In this document: positions 35,046 through 45,178 of the stretch, piece after piece
Layout of the letters: each line of letters starts with the position of its first letter
Numbering within the stretch: position 1 is the first letter of the stretch
Assembly (NCBI RefSeq): GCF_018977255.1
Contig: NW_024704742.1
Coordinates: 55,924,001 to 55,988,000, forward strand
Reading direction: 5' to 3'
DNA: 64,000 nt
DNA from: Callorhinchus milii
Taxonomy: Eukaryota
The notes under the pieces: generated by a model
What the model saw: the letters and a program-made list of their open reading frames with translations, nothing else
The model's database searches: none
Told to the model about the DNA's origin: nothing
Translations under genes and position numbers: made by a program

Positions 35046-35370
35046 ATAATAATAATAATAATAATCCTTGCATTTGATATAGCGCTTTTCACGTTGGGAG
35101 GACGTCCCTAAGTGCTTCACAGAACACACTGTAAAGTGAATTGACTGTATATTTGTGAGCGAACACGGCAGCCAATTGCGCACAGCAATGCCCCACAAAC
35201 AGTCGCAGATTGAAAATGACCAATTTATTATTGTTTTTGGTTTTGGAGGGATTATTATTAGGCTCTGTGTGGAGTAAGGAAACTTACCCAAGGTTTCGCC
35301 CTGCCTGGAATTGAACTCAGGTCTCTCGCTTGCAAAGCGAGTGCTCTAACCACTGAGCTACAGGACTCCC
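35046..35370 (-). mobile_element. Full-length young tRNA-headed SINE (short subfamily)
   Basis: Minus strand reads GGGAGTCCTGTAGCTCAGTGGTTAGAGCACTCGCTTTGCAAGCGAGAGACCTGAGTTCAATTCC (A box, B box); L2-like tail and (ATT)n; very similar to 44855-45178 and 53355-53689. Confidence 0.93.
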
Positions 35371-36024
35371 GTTGCAGCCAATGTAAGCAAAACCAATGCC
35401 TGGAATAAATATACTATGACATAGAGGTTACTGAATGATTGGCAGAAGATTGTGAGGCAGAAATCCAATTGCGAGATTCAGATGGTATCTTGGAGTGGGT
35501 TTTCAACATTTGAATCCCTAGTTATTTTGGGGTTGTTAAATACACAATAATTCAACACCTTCCATGTAATGTAATGCAATATTTGTTGCAGTCACAGCAC
35601 CTTGCCAGTATCACTAGAAAGGTATTCACAGAAGTCAAGCTCGACCACTCATTATGTAGAAATGTAAAGAACCTGATTTTGTCAATATGGCTCTTGTACC
35701 TTAACACGTTTCCATGCTCTGTTTAGATCAAAATTGTGCTTAAAAGAATATTATAATGGGAAGCACATCATCAAGCGCAAAACAATGTTACACCTTTTGT
35801 AGGAGCACTGTACCTGGTTTTTAGAGTAATTTGTTAGATATATGTCGATTTGAGCGTTCCTTTGATAGTCCTTTGGTGCTTGAGCCTTAATTTGGAGTAA
35901 AGACCCCAAATTTGATCTTGGATCTTTAACAAGTTAGCTGGTCATAGCTCGCGTGACAGAAGAGAAACACACTATAAGCTGTTGTGGCAGAAGAGAGAGA
36001 CACTACAACTGAACCGAGTGCACC

Positions 36025-36250
36025 TGACCTAAGGAGGAGAGAAATCCTGTTCATAATTGCCATCCAGTAATCCTATTGTAAAGTGTATATGTGCAGGGGG
36101 TCAGGATGTCAGGTGAGGACAGGGAGGAGTTTGATCAATAGCCTACAGGCACATGCTGTGTAAGGTCATACTTAAAGAATGGCACTTAGGTGAGATACCT
36201 GGTGGATAAATTCAGCAGGAATTAGCATCTTCAGAAGAGTAGGTGTGGAA
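36025..36250 (+). mobile_element. Old repeat family B copy
   Basis: CATCCAGTAATCCT...AAAGTGTATATGTG...GTCAGGTGAGGACAGG...AAGAATGGCACTTAGGTGAGATACC. Confidence 0.55.
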
Positions 36251-36499
36251 ATTGGGGATGAAAAGGAAAATAAAATTATAGAACCTGCATCAAATTTACA
36301 TATGATTGGTATTTATGCTTGGAATTTATTTGGGAGAAGTGAAGGGCATCTAAATTGGGGTGTAGGGTACTACATTGTGATTGCCCCACTGATTTCTGGT
36401 TGCTCAATGAAGGTTTAGTATTGAAAGCACCAATAGAAGCATCCAATGGCTAGATAATCCAAAGGAAGAAAGACAAAAAATTTATGACTGACTGCATTT

Positions 36500-36762
36500 T
36501 AAGCACTCCCGAGATGCTATCCTGCCTGAAGGGTGCTATATAAATGCAAGTTGTTGTTTTTTTCAAGCTTGTTAATAATAAATAATCTTTGCATTTGATA
36601 CAGCACTTATAATGGTGAAAACTCCAAAAGCACTTCACGGGTAATTGATGTCAAGTGTAGTGGCTGCATTTCTACACAAATGCAGCAATTTGTGTACAGT
36701 GACCCAAAACATCTATGAATGATTGACCAGTTTTATCTCGGGGATTGTTAACTAGGACACTA
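36500..36762. mobile_element. L2 type B tail (+, 36500-36560) facing a Deu-type SINE 3' part (-, 36572-36762)
   Basis: GAGATGCTATCCTGCCTGAAGGGTGCTATATAAATGCAAGTTGTTG, then AATAATCTTTGCATTTGATAC...GGGGATTGTTAACTAGGACAC. Confidence 0.7.
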
Positions 36763-36907
36763 ATTATTGCCTAGAATATGTTAAGTAGTTTTATACAGGC
36801 ACCAGGCATAAAAGTACATGTATTCATTGAAATATGCTGGGTTTTATGTTTGCTCATACACTAAATAAATGCCAGTTTATAATCCTGATATTGTTCCAAT
36901 GGAAGTT

Positions 36908-36963
36908 TAATTTTTGTTTGTTATTTTTGCAGGTCAGTTGGTGATTAGTCGAGTATCACCATG
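36908..36963 (+). promoter_or_regulatory. FAT1: Splice acceptor of the FAT1 giant exon (AG 36931-36932, exon starts 36933) and Kozak-context ATG
   Basis: T-rich tract TTTTTGTTTGTTATTTTTGCAG, then 28 nt of 5' UTR and ATCACCATGG (A at -3, G at +4). Confidence 0.85.
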
Positions 36964-39900
36964 GTGAGGTCCAGTGTACTGCTGATTCCTGTGCTGCTCT
37001 TGCAGTTATTAAACAGCTGTGAAGGAAATCGAAAGAAGGAGCAGGCTTCATCTGTACGGTTCACACAGCACCATTATACTGCTTATATATATGAGAATTC
37101 TGCAGCCAAGACTTATTTAGAAAGTCACCAAAAAATGGGCATTTACATTATTAACCCCTCATGGGAGTTTCGCTATAAAATTGTTTCTGGAGATACTGAA
37201 AACTTGTTTAAAGCTGAGGAGTACATTCTCGGGGATTTCTCATTCTTACGTATCAGGACCAAGGGAGGGAATACAGCGATCTTAAACAGAGAGGTGAAAG
37301 ACCACTATCTACTGACGGTTAAGGCAGTTGAGAAAAAATCTAACACCGAAACACGGACGAAGGTTAAAGTGTACATTCTAGATACAAATGACTTGAGACC
37401 CTTATTTTCACCGACCTCGTACAGTGTGTCTCTGCCAGAAAATACACCTTTGAGGACCAGTGTAGCCAGAGTCAGAGCCACTGATGCTGACATAGGCACA
37501 AATGGTGAGTTCTATTACAGCTTTAAAGACAGGACCGATGTGTTTGCCATTCACCCCACCAGTGGCATTATTATGCTCACAGGGAGACTGGACTACACTG
37601 AGACCAGGTATTATGATATGGAAATCCTTGCAGCTGATCGTGGTAAGAAACTGTATGGCAGCAGTGGAATCAGTAGCATGGCAAAGCTTTCTGTTCACGT
37701 GGAGCAAGGTAATGAAAATACACCAGTCATCACGGCTGTTACTGTTACCCCTTCAGACACGGACAAGGATCCAACATATGCCATCGTAACAGTGGAAGAT
37801 AACGACAAGGGAGCCAATGGAGAAATAGCCTCTCTAAATATCGTGGCGGGTGATCCCCTGCATCAGTTCAAAGCAGTGAGGTCAAGCCCTGGCAGTAAAG
37901 AGTACCGAATTAAAGCCGGTGACCAGGTTGACTGGGAGAGCCAGTCTTCTGGATATAATCTTACACTTCAAGCAAAGGACAAGGGGAGCCCTCCTCAGTT
38001 TTCGTCTGTGAAAGTTATTCATGTTACTTCTCCACGGTCAAAATCCTCACCATCTAAATTTGAGAAACCTGTATACAAAGCCAGATTGAGTGAGTTTGCA
38101 CCCCCTAATTCTCCAGTTGTGAAGATTACAGCTGTTCCAATGTATCCGCATGTCAAGTATACTTTCAGTCATCAGCCTGATAAGTTTCGTATCAACCGTA
38201 ACACTGGCCTCATCACTACCACTGGTTTCGTAAAGGCAGAGGAAGCATCCAGCTATAACTTTGAAGTGGTAACTACTGATGGACAAGCAGCGACAAAAGT
38301 GATTGTTGATGTGATAGATATGAATGATAATGCTCCTGAATTCACACAGTCCTCATACCAGGGCAGCATCAATGAGAATGTGCCAGTTGGTACCACTGTT
38401 CTGAGTGTGAGCGCCACGGATATGGATAACGGTGAGAATGGATATGTGTCGTACAGCATTGCCAACTTGGTTCCACCACCTTTTGTCATTGACTATTTCA
38501 CTGGGGTCATCAGTACCTCGGAGGAGCTGGATTACGAACTAATGCCACGGGTTTATAATTTGCGGGTTCGAGCATCAGATTGGGGCTCACCTTATCGGCG
38601 CGAAGTTGAAGCTTTTGTGACTATTGTCCTAAACAACCTAAATGACAACAAGCCATTGTTTGAGAAGGTGAACTGTGTAGGAACTCTTCCAAGGGATCTA
38701 GGTGTTGGTGAGCAGATTACTACAGTATCTGCTATTGATGCAGATGAGCTACAGTTAGTAAGATACCAGATATTATCAGGGAATGATTTGGATCTGTTTG
38801 AATTAAACCCCAACTCTGGTGTTCTTGTGCTGAGCCAGCCTTTCACTGATGGACCTGGTGGAAAACAATCTTTTCACAGTCTACAAATTATAGCTACAGA
38901 TGGGGAGAACTTTGCGACTGTCACATACATTAACATCACTGTAGCAAACAGCCATAAACAAGTTAATCTGCACTGTACAGAGACTGGAGTGGCCAAGCAA
39001 TTGGCAGAAAAGCTTCTCCAGTCAAATAAAATCCACACTCGAGTTGACACCGAAGACCTGTATTCTGACACTCACTCGGTTAATCGCCATGGCCCAGTGT
39101 TTGTTAGCTCTTTTCCTAGTGCTATAGAGGTTCGGGAAGACAAGCCAGTAGGAATGAATTTACTGTTCATAAATGCAACAGATCTTGATAGTGGCTTCAA
39201 TGGAAAATTAGTATATGTCATTTCAGGAGGAGATAGTGACAGCAAATTTATTGTTGATCTGGAAACAGGGTGGCTAAAGGTATTTGCTCAACTTGATCGG
39301 GAAGCAACTGATCATTACACCCTTAATATAACTGTATATGATCTTGGGATACCTCAGAGATCTACTTGGCGTCTCTTAGATGTTGTCATATTGGATGCAA
39401 ATGATAACCACCCGGAATTTTTCCAAGATAGATATTCAGTAGAAGTGAGTGAAAACAAAGAGGTGGAGAGTGAAATTATTCAGCTTGAGGCCACAGACCG
39501 AGATCTGGGTGCCAATGGAGAGGTCAGATACTCAATTCTTACAGACACAGATATGTTTGCGATTGATAGTGTGACAGGTACAGTGAAGGTTGTAGGCTTG
39601 CTGGATCGAGAACAAATCCCTGTTTATCTACTGAAAATTGAAGCCAGGGATCAAGCTGAACAGGAGCCCCAACTGTTTTCCACAGTGCTGTTGAAAGTGA
39701 CTTTGGAGGACGTTAATGATAATCCACCTCAGTTTTTTCCACCAAATTATCATGTTAAGGTGCGGGAAGATCTTCCAATAGGAACAGTTGTAATGTGGCT
39801 GGAGGCATATGATCCTGACCTTGGTCAAAGCGGTCAAGTACGCTACACTATGATAGATAATGGAGAGGGGAACTTTGATGTGGACAAATTAAGTGGAATT

Positions 39901-40218
39901 CTTCGTATTGTGAACAATTTGGACTTTGAGAAGAAGCAATTTTATAACTTGACGGCCCGTGCAAAGGACAAAGGACGTCCGGTTTCTCTGTCCTCGACGT
40001 GTTACATTCAAGTGGAAGTGGTGGATGTAAATGAGAACTTATTTGCTCCTGTTTTTCCCTACTTTGTGGCTAATGGATCTGTCAGAGAAGATGCTTCTCT
40101 TGGTACACTAGTAATGACCATAACAGCCATGATGATGACAAAGGAAGAGATGGAGAAGTTAGGTACTCCATAAGAGATGGATCTGGCCTTGGAGTTTTCA
40201 AAATTGACGAAGAAAAAG
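36961..40218 (+). CDS. FAT1: FAT atypical cadherin 1, first coding exon (signal peptide plus about 9-10 cadherin repeats); apparent 1-nt frameshift at ~40128
   Basis: 1070-aa ORF with a hydrophobic signal peptide and repeated cadherin motifs (DxNDNxP, LDRE/LDYE, AxDxD). Long stretches match human FAT1 as I recall it ([98 protein letters not shown]). After 40128 homology continues in a shifted frame ([29 protein letters not shown]) to a phase-1 donor AAG|GTAGGC at 40218/40219. Confidence 0.96.
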
Positions 40219-40224
40219 GTAGGC
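40216..40224 (+). promoter_or_regulatory. FAT1: Splice donor of the FAT1 giant exon (GT at 40219-40220)
   Basis: AAG|GTAGGC exactly where FAT1-like translation (...KIDEEK G) ends; the downstream sequence is AT-rich and non-coding. Confidence 0.85.
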
Positions 40225-40508
40225 TCATTTAAGCCCCAAAACCTGGAGTAAAACAAATTTGTCTTTGTAAATCAGAAGTGTATGGTTAGATTTCTTTCCA
40301 TTCCACTGTCCTCTTACCCTTAACCCATCTGTATTTTATCTCCTTTCTCTACTTAATTGTGATAGAATTTGAATTTCAGATGTAACTTAAGACTTCAACT
40401 TCCAGCTACTTGAGGTATACGAAAAGATGCTTGCTGATGATATCTGTTTATGTATTCTCTTCATTGACACTTACTGTAAAGAGTGTGTGAGGGTATGTTG
40501 GGTGAAGT

Positions 40509-40915
40509 CAACAACTAGCATTTATATAGCAGAGTATGGTCCCAGAGTGCTTTCAGCGGCAGAGCAAGATGCAGAGCCGGGGGAGTGGGGAGGTGACCGT
40601 AGGCACGGTCGAAGAAGAAGGTCTTCAGGCGTGACCTGAAGATGGGGAAGGCGGAGGGATTGAGGAGGAGAGTTCCAGAGTTTCAGGGCGTAGTGGTTGA
40701 AAGTGTGGGCACAGAGGGCACGAAGGACAAGTAAGAGGCTAGAGCCAGTCAAGAGGAGGCAACGGATAGTGGGTTGGGAGTCAGCAGGCCAGAGAGGTAG
40801 GAAGGTGCCAGGGCATGAAGGGATTTGAAGAGTGTAAGGATCTTGAAATCGATCCGTTCGGAGCCTGTGAAGCCTGACTAGAACTGGTGTGATGGGGGTA
40901 TGAAATTAGCGCACG
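40509..40915 (-). mobile_element. L2 LINE 3' fragment (type B)
   Basis: CAACAACTAGCATTTATATAGC tail; ORF 40522-40752 FNHYALKLWNSPPQSLR; similar to 1203-1640 and 59565-60021. Confidence 0.85.
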
Positions 40916-41823
40916 TGAGGATATGGTTGGGCTCAGTGTGATGTCCTGACAGTCAGATAGGTTGCCGATACTCAGTGTCTCTTGTATGAAAAATGATTAC
41001 TTGAGAGAGGCCCTGGATGGTGGCTCTGGAATTGTAATGCTTCATGAATTGATACCTTTAATACCAGTAGAGGAGAAGATCATTTTTTTAAAAACGGAGA
41101 AACCAAAAGATTGCTCTCTTTGATGTAATGTTGCATTCCTGGAAGTGTCCATCTTGTGTCAGTTAGTATGTACTTTTTTCTCTGATTGTTGCTATTTACT
41201 GGATTGGGTATTCTGTCTGTGTTGAAATCTGAGAAAATCCTTAAACTTTGATAAGACCGTGGGAAAAATATAAGGGTTCATTGTTATTGCAATTATTTAA
41301 TCATTGCAATATTGTGAATTACCTATCCAGTTAAAGCACAACTGCACAATTCTTAATTTCTGTAACATCGCTTTATGAAAGAAATGACAGTAGAGCCCAT
41401 TATAAGGTGCTTCGGTGCTTTGTTATAGGGTGCACACTGATATTTACTTGCTCCAAAAATCCAAAATGTGTGCGCTGATCTATTGGCATTTCTAAAAGCC
41501 TCTCAGCACACACAAAACCTAAATGACAAACGTCAAGGTCATCAGTTTGCTGTCAACCTCAGTTCTGTGTGCTAAGTGACACCAGTGATATAAACCAAAT
41601 GATATTGTGTTTTGTATTAGGCCTGGGTTCTGAAACTACTCCTTTTAGATAACAGTCTGCTGTTGTTAATTCTATTTCAAATTATTTCATTAACTTCTCT
41701 GGCAGAAATGTATCCAATGTGCCTATATTACCTCCACAGCTAATTCCACCTGCTGGATGTATATATAATTACATAATATAATCATAACCACGAGAGTCCT
41801 CTTTCCTGCAAACATTAATGGGG

Positions 41824-42058
41824 AGAAATTCTGTCTGGGGTTGGATTTACTTTATTGTAGCATTTTAGAGAATTCTGAATTTGGCAATTTGTTTAATTCA
41901 ATCTTAACTTTGAAGTCGGTTTTCTGTAGTTCTTAAACGAATTTAAAGAAAATGGACTTCAAAATTAAGGCTGTATTTATGAATTTGTCAAATTCTGAAT
42001 GCTCTAAAAAACTACATAAATAGAATAAATCTAGCGCCAGATGGAATTTCTAACCAGT
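41824..42058. mobile_element. Palindromic MITE-like element (intact ~235-bp imperfect inverted repeat)
   Basis: AGAAATTCTGTCTGG...TAGAGAATTCTGAATTTGGCAA...CTTAACTTTGAAGTC pairs with GACTTCAAAATTAAG...TTGTCAAATTCTGAATGCTCTA...CCAGATGGAATTTCT. Confidence 0.8.
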
Positions 42059-42519
42059 AATGTGGAACAATGAAAACTGCCAAATTGAGTTGTTGTCAGT
42101 TATTAAACCTTCACATTATTAGCAAAATAGATAATGTACAGTGGATTAACTTGAATTTCCAGAATAAACTGAATAATAAGCAATAATCTTAATTCTAACA
42201 CAACTACTAAATCAGTTTCATTATAGAGGATTGTCAGTGGTATGTAAATTGCGAGTTGGGTGCTGAAACTTAGTTTACAAATTATAATCTGTTAAAAATG
42301 TTTTATCAAAAAATATGTAAGTTAAATTCCTAAATAATTTACATCACCACATAATCCTTCAAAATATGTAGAAAATCTTCTACCATGTTCCATATTTAGT
42401 GTATTAGCGTAGAGATTTTCTTTGAGTCTATACTTATCTCCTTATTTTCACTGATCTCAGCTACAATTTTATTAACCTTTGAATCATTTATATATCTCTC
42501 ACTTGAGGCACAGCCGTCT

Positions 42520-43720
42520 TTTAATGAGACACATATCTTGTGACCTGCGGTCGGTTATTACCACTTATCCAGCTCCTTGTATGTCAGAGGGTATGGTTTT
42601 GATGTGTTTTCTCGAAAGAGTTCTGTGGTTTTCTCAGTATTGATGTATAACACAAACCTCACTGCTGGAGACTGAGGCTTTTAAAGCTGCAAGGCAAAGA
42701 AAACTGCATTGAAATTTCAAATTTTTCACTGTTGCTTTTTGCAATAGTGTGTGATTGCAGTGAGGTTAGGGTAGAGCATGAAATAAATATCATGCATCAA
42801 CTTCTACTTGGCTGGATTCATACACCCAAATATCCCTTGACGCTTTCAAGACTCCCAGGATACCTTCTGTTGGCTTGTTGGATAGCAATCTGAAATACCT
42901 CGGCTGCTGATGAATTCCCAAAGTTGAACCTTTTGCTTTGCTTGATACCAATGTGGCAGTACAACAACTTTATTTCAGATCTGACTTGAAAGACGAATCT
43001 GATCCATTCAGCTCTGTCATCTCGCCCACGTTTTGATTGTTTTGCTTGCAGCATGCATGTCCACATATAACAAGGCATCATCTGGCTTTTCAGTACAACC
43101 ATTGTTGGTACCCAAGGGGTAGCAGGATCATCTATCTTCAATTATATAATTTTCCATCAGCTCATTTAACTTCTCAATTTTCTCGGAAGGGGAATAAGAA
43201 TTTCTTATCTTGTTATGTGACAAGCTGCACTGATCTGTCTAAGTTGAGTTTTGTTCGCACACCTTACAGCTTACTGATGCCTTTGAAGTAAATTCCTTGC
43301 ATATTTCAGCAGTGCTGCTTTCCTTCACTTTGTTTGTTCCGTCACCTATACTCAGCAATCCAACTCTGTGGTCTTAGGAATGACCCAGGATTGCCCTTTA
43401 CTGTGCATACATTGCCATCTGTTACTTTTTTCTGGTTTTATTGTCCCTAGCACTAATAGAATTGTGCTATAACCATCTAGCATTAGTTGCACTGAACGTT
43501 TCTGTCATCTTAGATGCAAACAAGCATTGTGTTGGATTCTGTTGAAGCTGAACCTATCATTGGGTACCCTCTTAAGTACCTTGAAACACATCAATGTGCC
43601 CTCAACTCTTTTTAGCCACATCGACCAGTGAATCACAACGGGAGATGAATGCGCATCAAATACTGATAGCATAGGCATCATATAGGTCATGATCATAGCA
43701 GCCACAGAGACCACACGCAC
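42520..43720 (-). mobile_element. Degenerate Ty3/Gypsy LTR-retrotransposon internal remnant (gag, protease, RT, start of RNase H)
   Basis: Minus-strand translations in the expected order: LSVFDAHSSP...WSMWLKRVE (gag N-terminus-like), FKGISKL...LDRSVQLV...KLNELMENYIIE, PATPWVPTMVV, HIGIKQSKRFNFGNSSAAEVFQIAIQQA (RT GLxRYKRLNFGISSAxEVFQ motif), AALKASVSSSEV...NTEKTTELF. Confidence 0.75.
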
Positions 43721-44619
43721 ACATAGTCAAATAGATATTTGTTTAAAACTATTCTTTGCTGCTTTTGTTAATCCTCATTGTCAATATGTGTGAAATTGGA
43801 ATATGCATAAAATTGAAGAGAAACGATTTCTTTCAGAAAATCCATTGTTTTTGTATTTATTCCTTCTGTTTCAGGAGATGTTTTCTAACCCCACTTGGCC
43901 ACTTACCTCCCTGCTAAATATTTACCCAACAAATGGCAATATTACTTCCATAACTGGCTCCCTCTGCTGGATTAATATATGGTCATGTTATAAACTTAAA
44001 CATATTGTGTAGTCATGTATTATAAACTTAATAATGTATAGTGGTATAAAATAACCTTAAACACTACAGTGAGCTTACTTGTAGAAGCAAATTGTTTGCA
44101 TTAAAGTTGATTCATTTGACAGAAATGTATTTGTTTGAGATATAATGATCTGGAAGAATTGTGTGGGGCTAAATTAAGTCAACTTCAACTCATAAAGCAA
44201 GAAAACAAAATAATGAATTTGAATGAAGTTTGAAAGTGGTGATTTTAAAAGTTGCAGGAAGTTGAATGCTGTGGCTAAATGGACCAATTCTGCAGAAAAT
44301 TGTTACTATTTTTCGAAGGGGAGACAGGGAGCATCGTAGAGGTCATGATCATAGCAGCCACCGGAATTAACCTCACTAATTTGCTTGACCCAGCTCACAC
44401 TTTTTTTGGTGTGTGTGTTAACCACTAGCTAAAACTTGTATCCATAATAATTGATTCTTAATGCTGCAGGGAAAGCTCACTAGGTTTGTAAGCAAGTAAA
44501 ACTTGTTTATTTCATTAAAATTGTAATCCATTTGATAGTAGCTTTAGCTGCATCACAAAGCTCCCTGAGGGGAAGAGAGATTCTGATGCTGTTCTGGCCA
44601 GATGAAGTTGTCTATTAAT

Positions 44620-44770
44620 TTTATAGCTGGGATGTTGCTGTGCGTAAATTGGCTGCCATGTGTTTGCCTACAAAATACACAATTGCTACACATTACATAA
44701 ATCCAGTGAAATACTTTGAGACTTCCTCTCAAGATTGTAGGCACTATATATAATACAATGATTATTATTA
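44620..44770 (+). mobile_element. Degenerate SINE 3' fragment
   Basis: TTGCTGTGCGTAAATTGGCTGCC...TTTGAGAC...GGCACTATAT...(ATT)n. Confidence 0.65.
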
Positions 44771-44854
44771 ATATGCTGTTAATAAGCTGTTTCCAGAAAA
44801 AAACATTATTTATACCTTCTGACCGTCCCTGTTGCTCTTCTAAATGATATTCAT

Positions 44855-45178
44855 TAATAATAATAATAATAATCCTTGCATTTGATATAGCGCTTTTCAC
44901 GTCAGGAGGACGTCCCAAAGCGCTTCACAGAACACACTGTAAAGTGAATTGACTGTATATTTGTGGGCGAACGCGGCAGCCAATTGCGCACAGCAATGTC
45001 CCACAAACAGTCGTAGATTGAAAATGACCAATTTAATTATTGTTTTGGGTTTTTTGGAGGGATTATTATTAGGCGTGTGGAGTAAGGAAACTTGCCCAAG
45101 GTTTCGCCCTGTGCCTGGAATTGAACTCAGGTCTCTCACTTGCAAAGCGAGTGCTCTAACCACTGAGCTACAGGACTC
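44855..45178 (-). mobile_element. Full-length young SINE (short subfamily)
   Basis: Very similar to 35046-35370; tail stem-loop AGCGCTTTGGGACGTCCTCCTGACGTGAAAAGCGCT on the minus strand. Confidence 0.93.

Noticed and set aside
35300-35370. tRNA-Ala(TGC)-like gene (also at ~45110-45178 and ~53595-53668)
   Set aside because: A and B boxes and an anticodon arm are present, but the acceptor stem does not pair well and each copy runs into a SINE body and tail; these are SINE heads.
36961-40173. Stand-alone secreted 1070-aa cadherin or FAT1 pseudogene
   Set aside because: Homology continues in the shifted frame to a proper donor and there is only one lesion; best read as a normal FAT1 exon with a probable sequence error.
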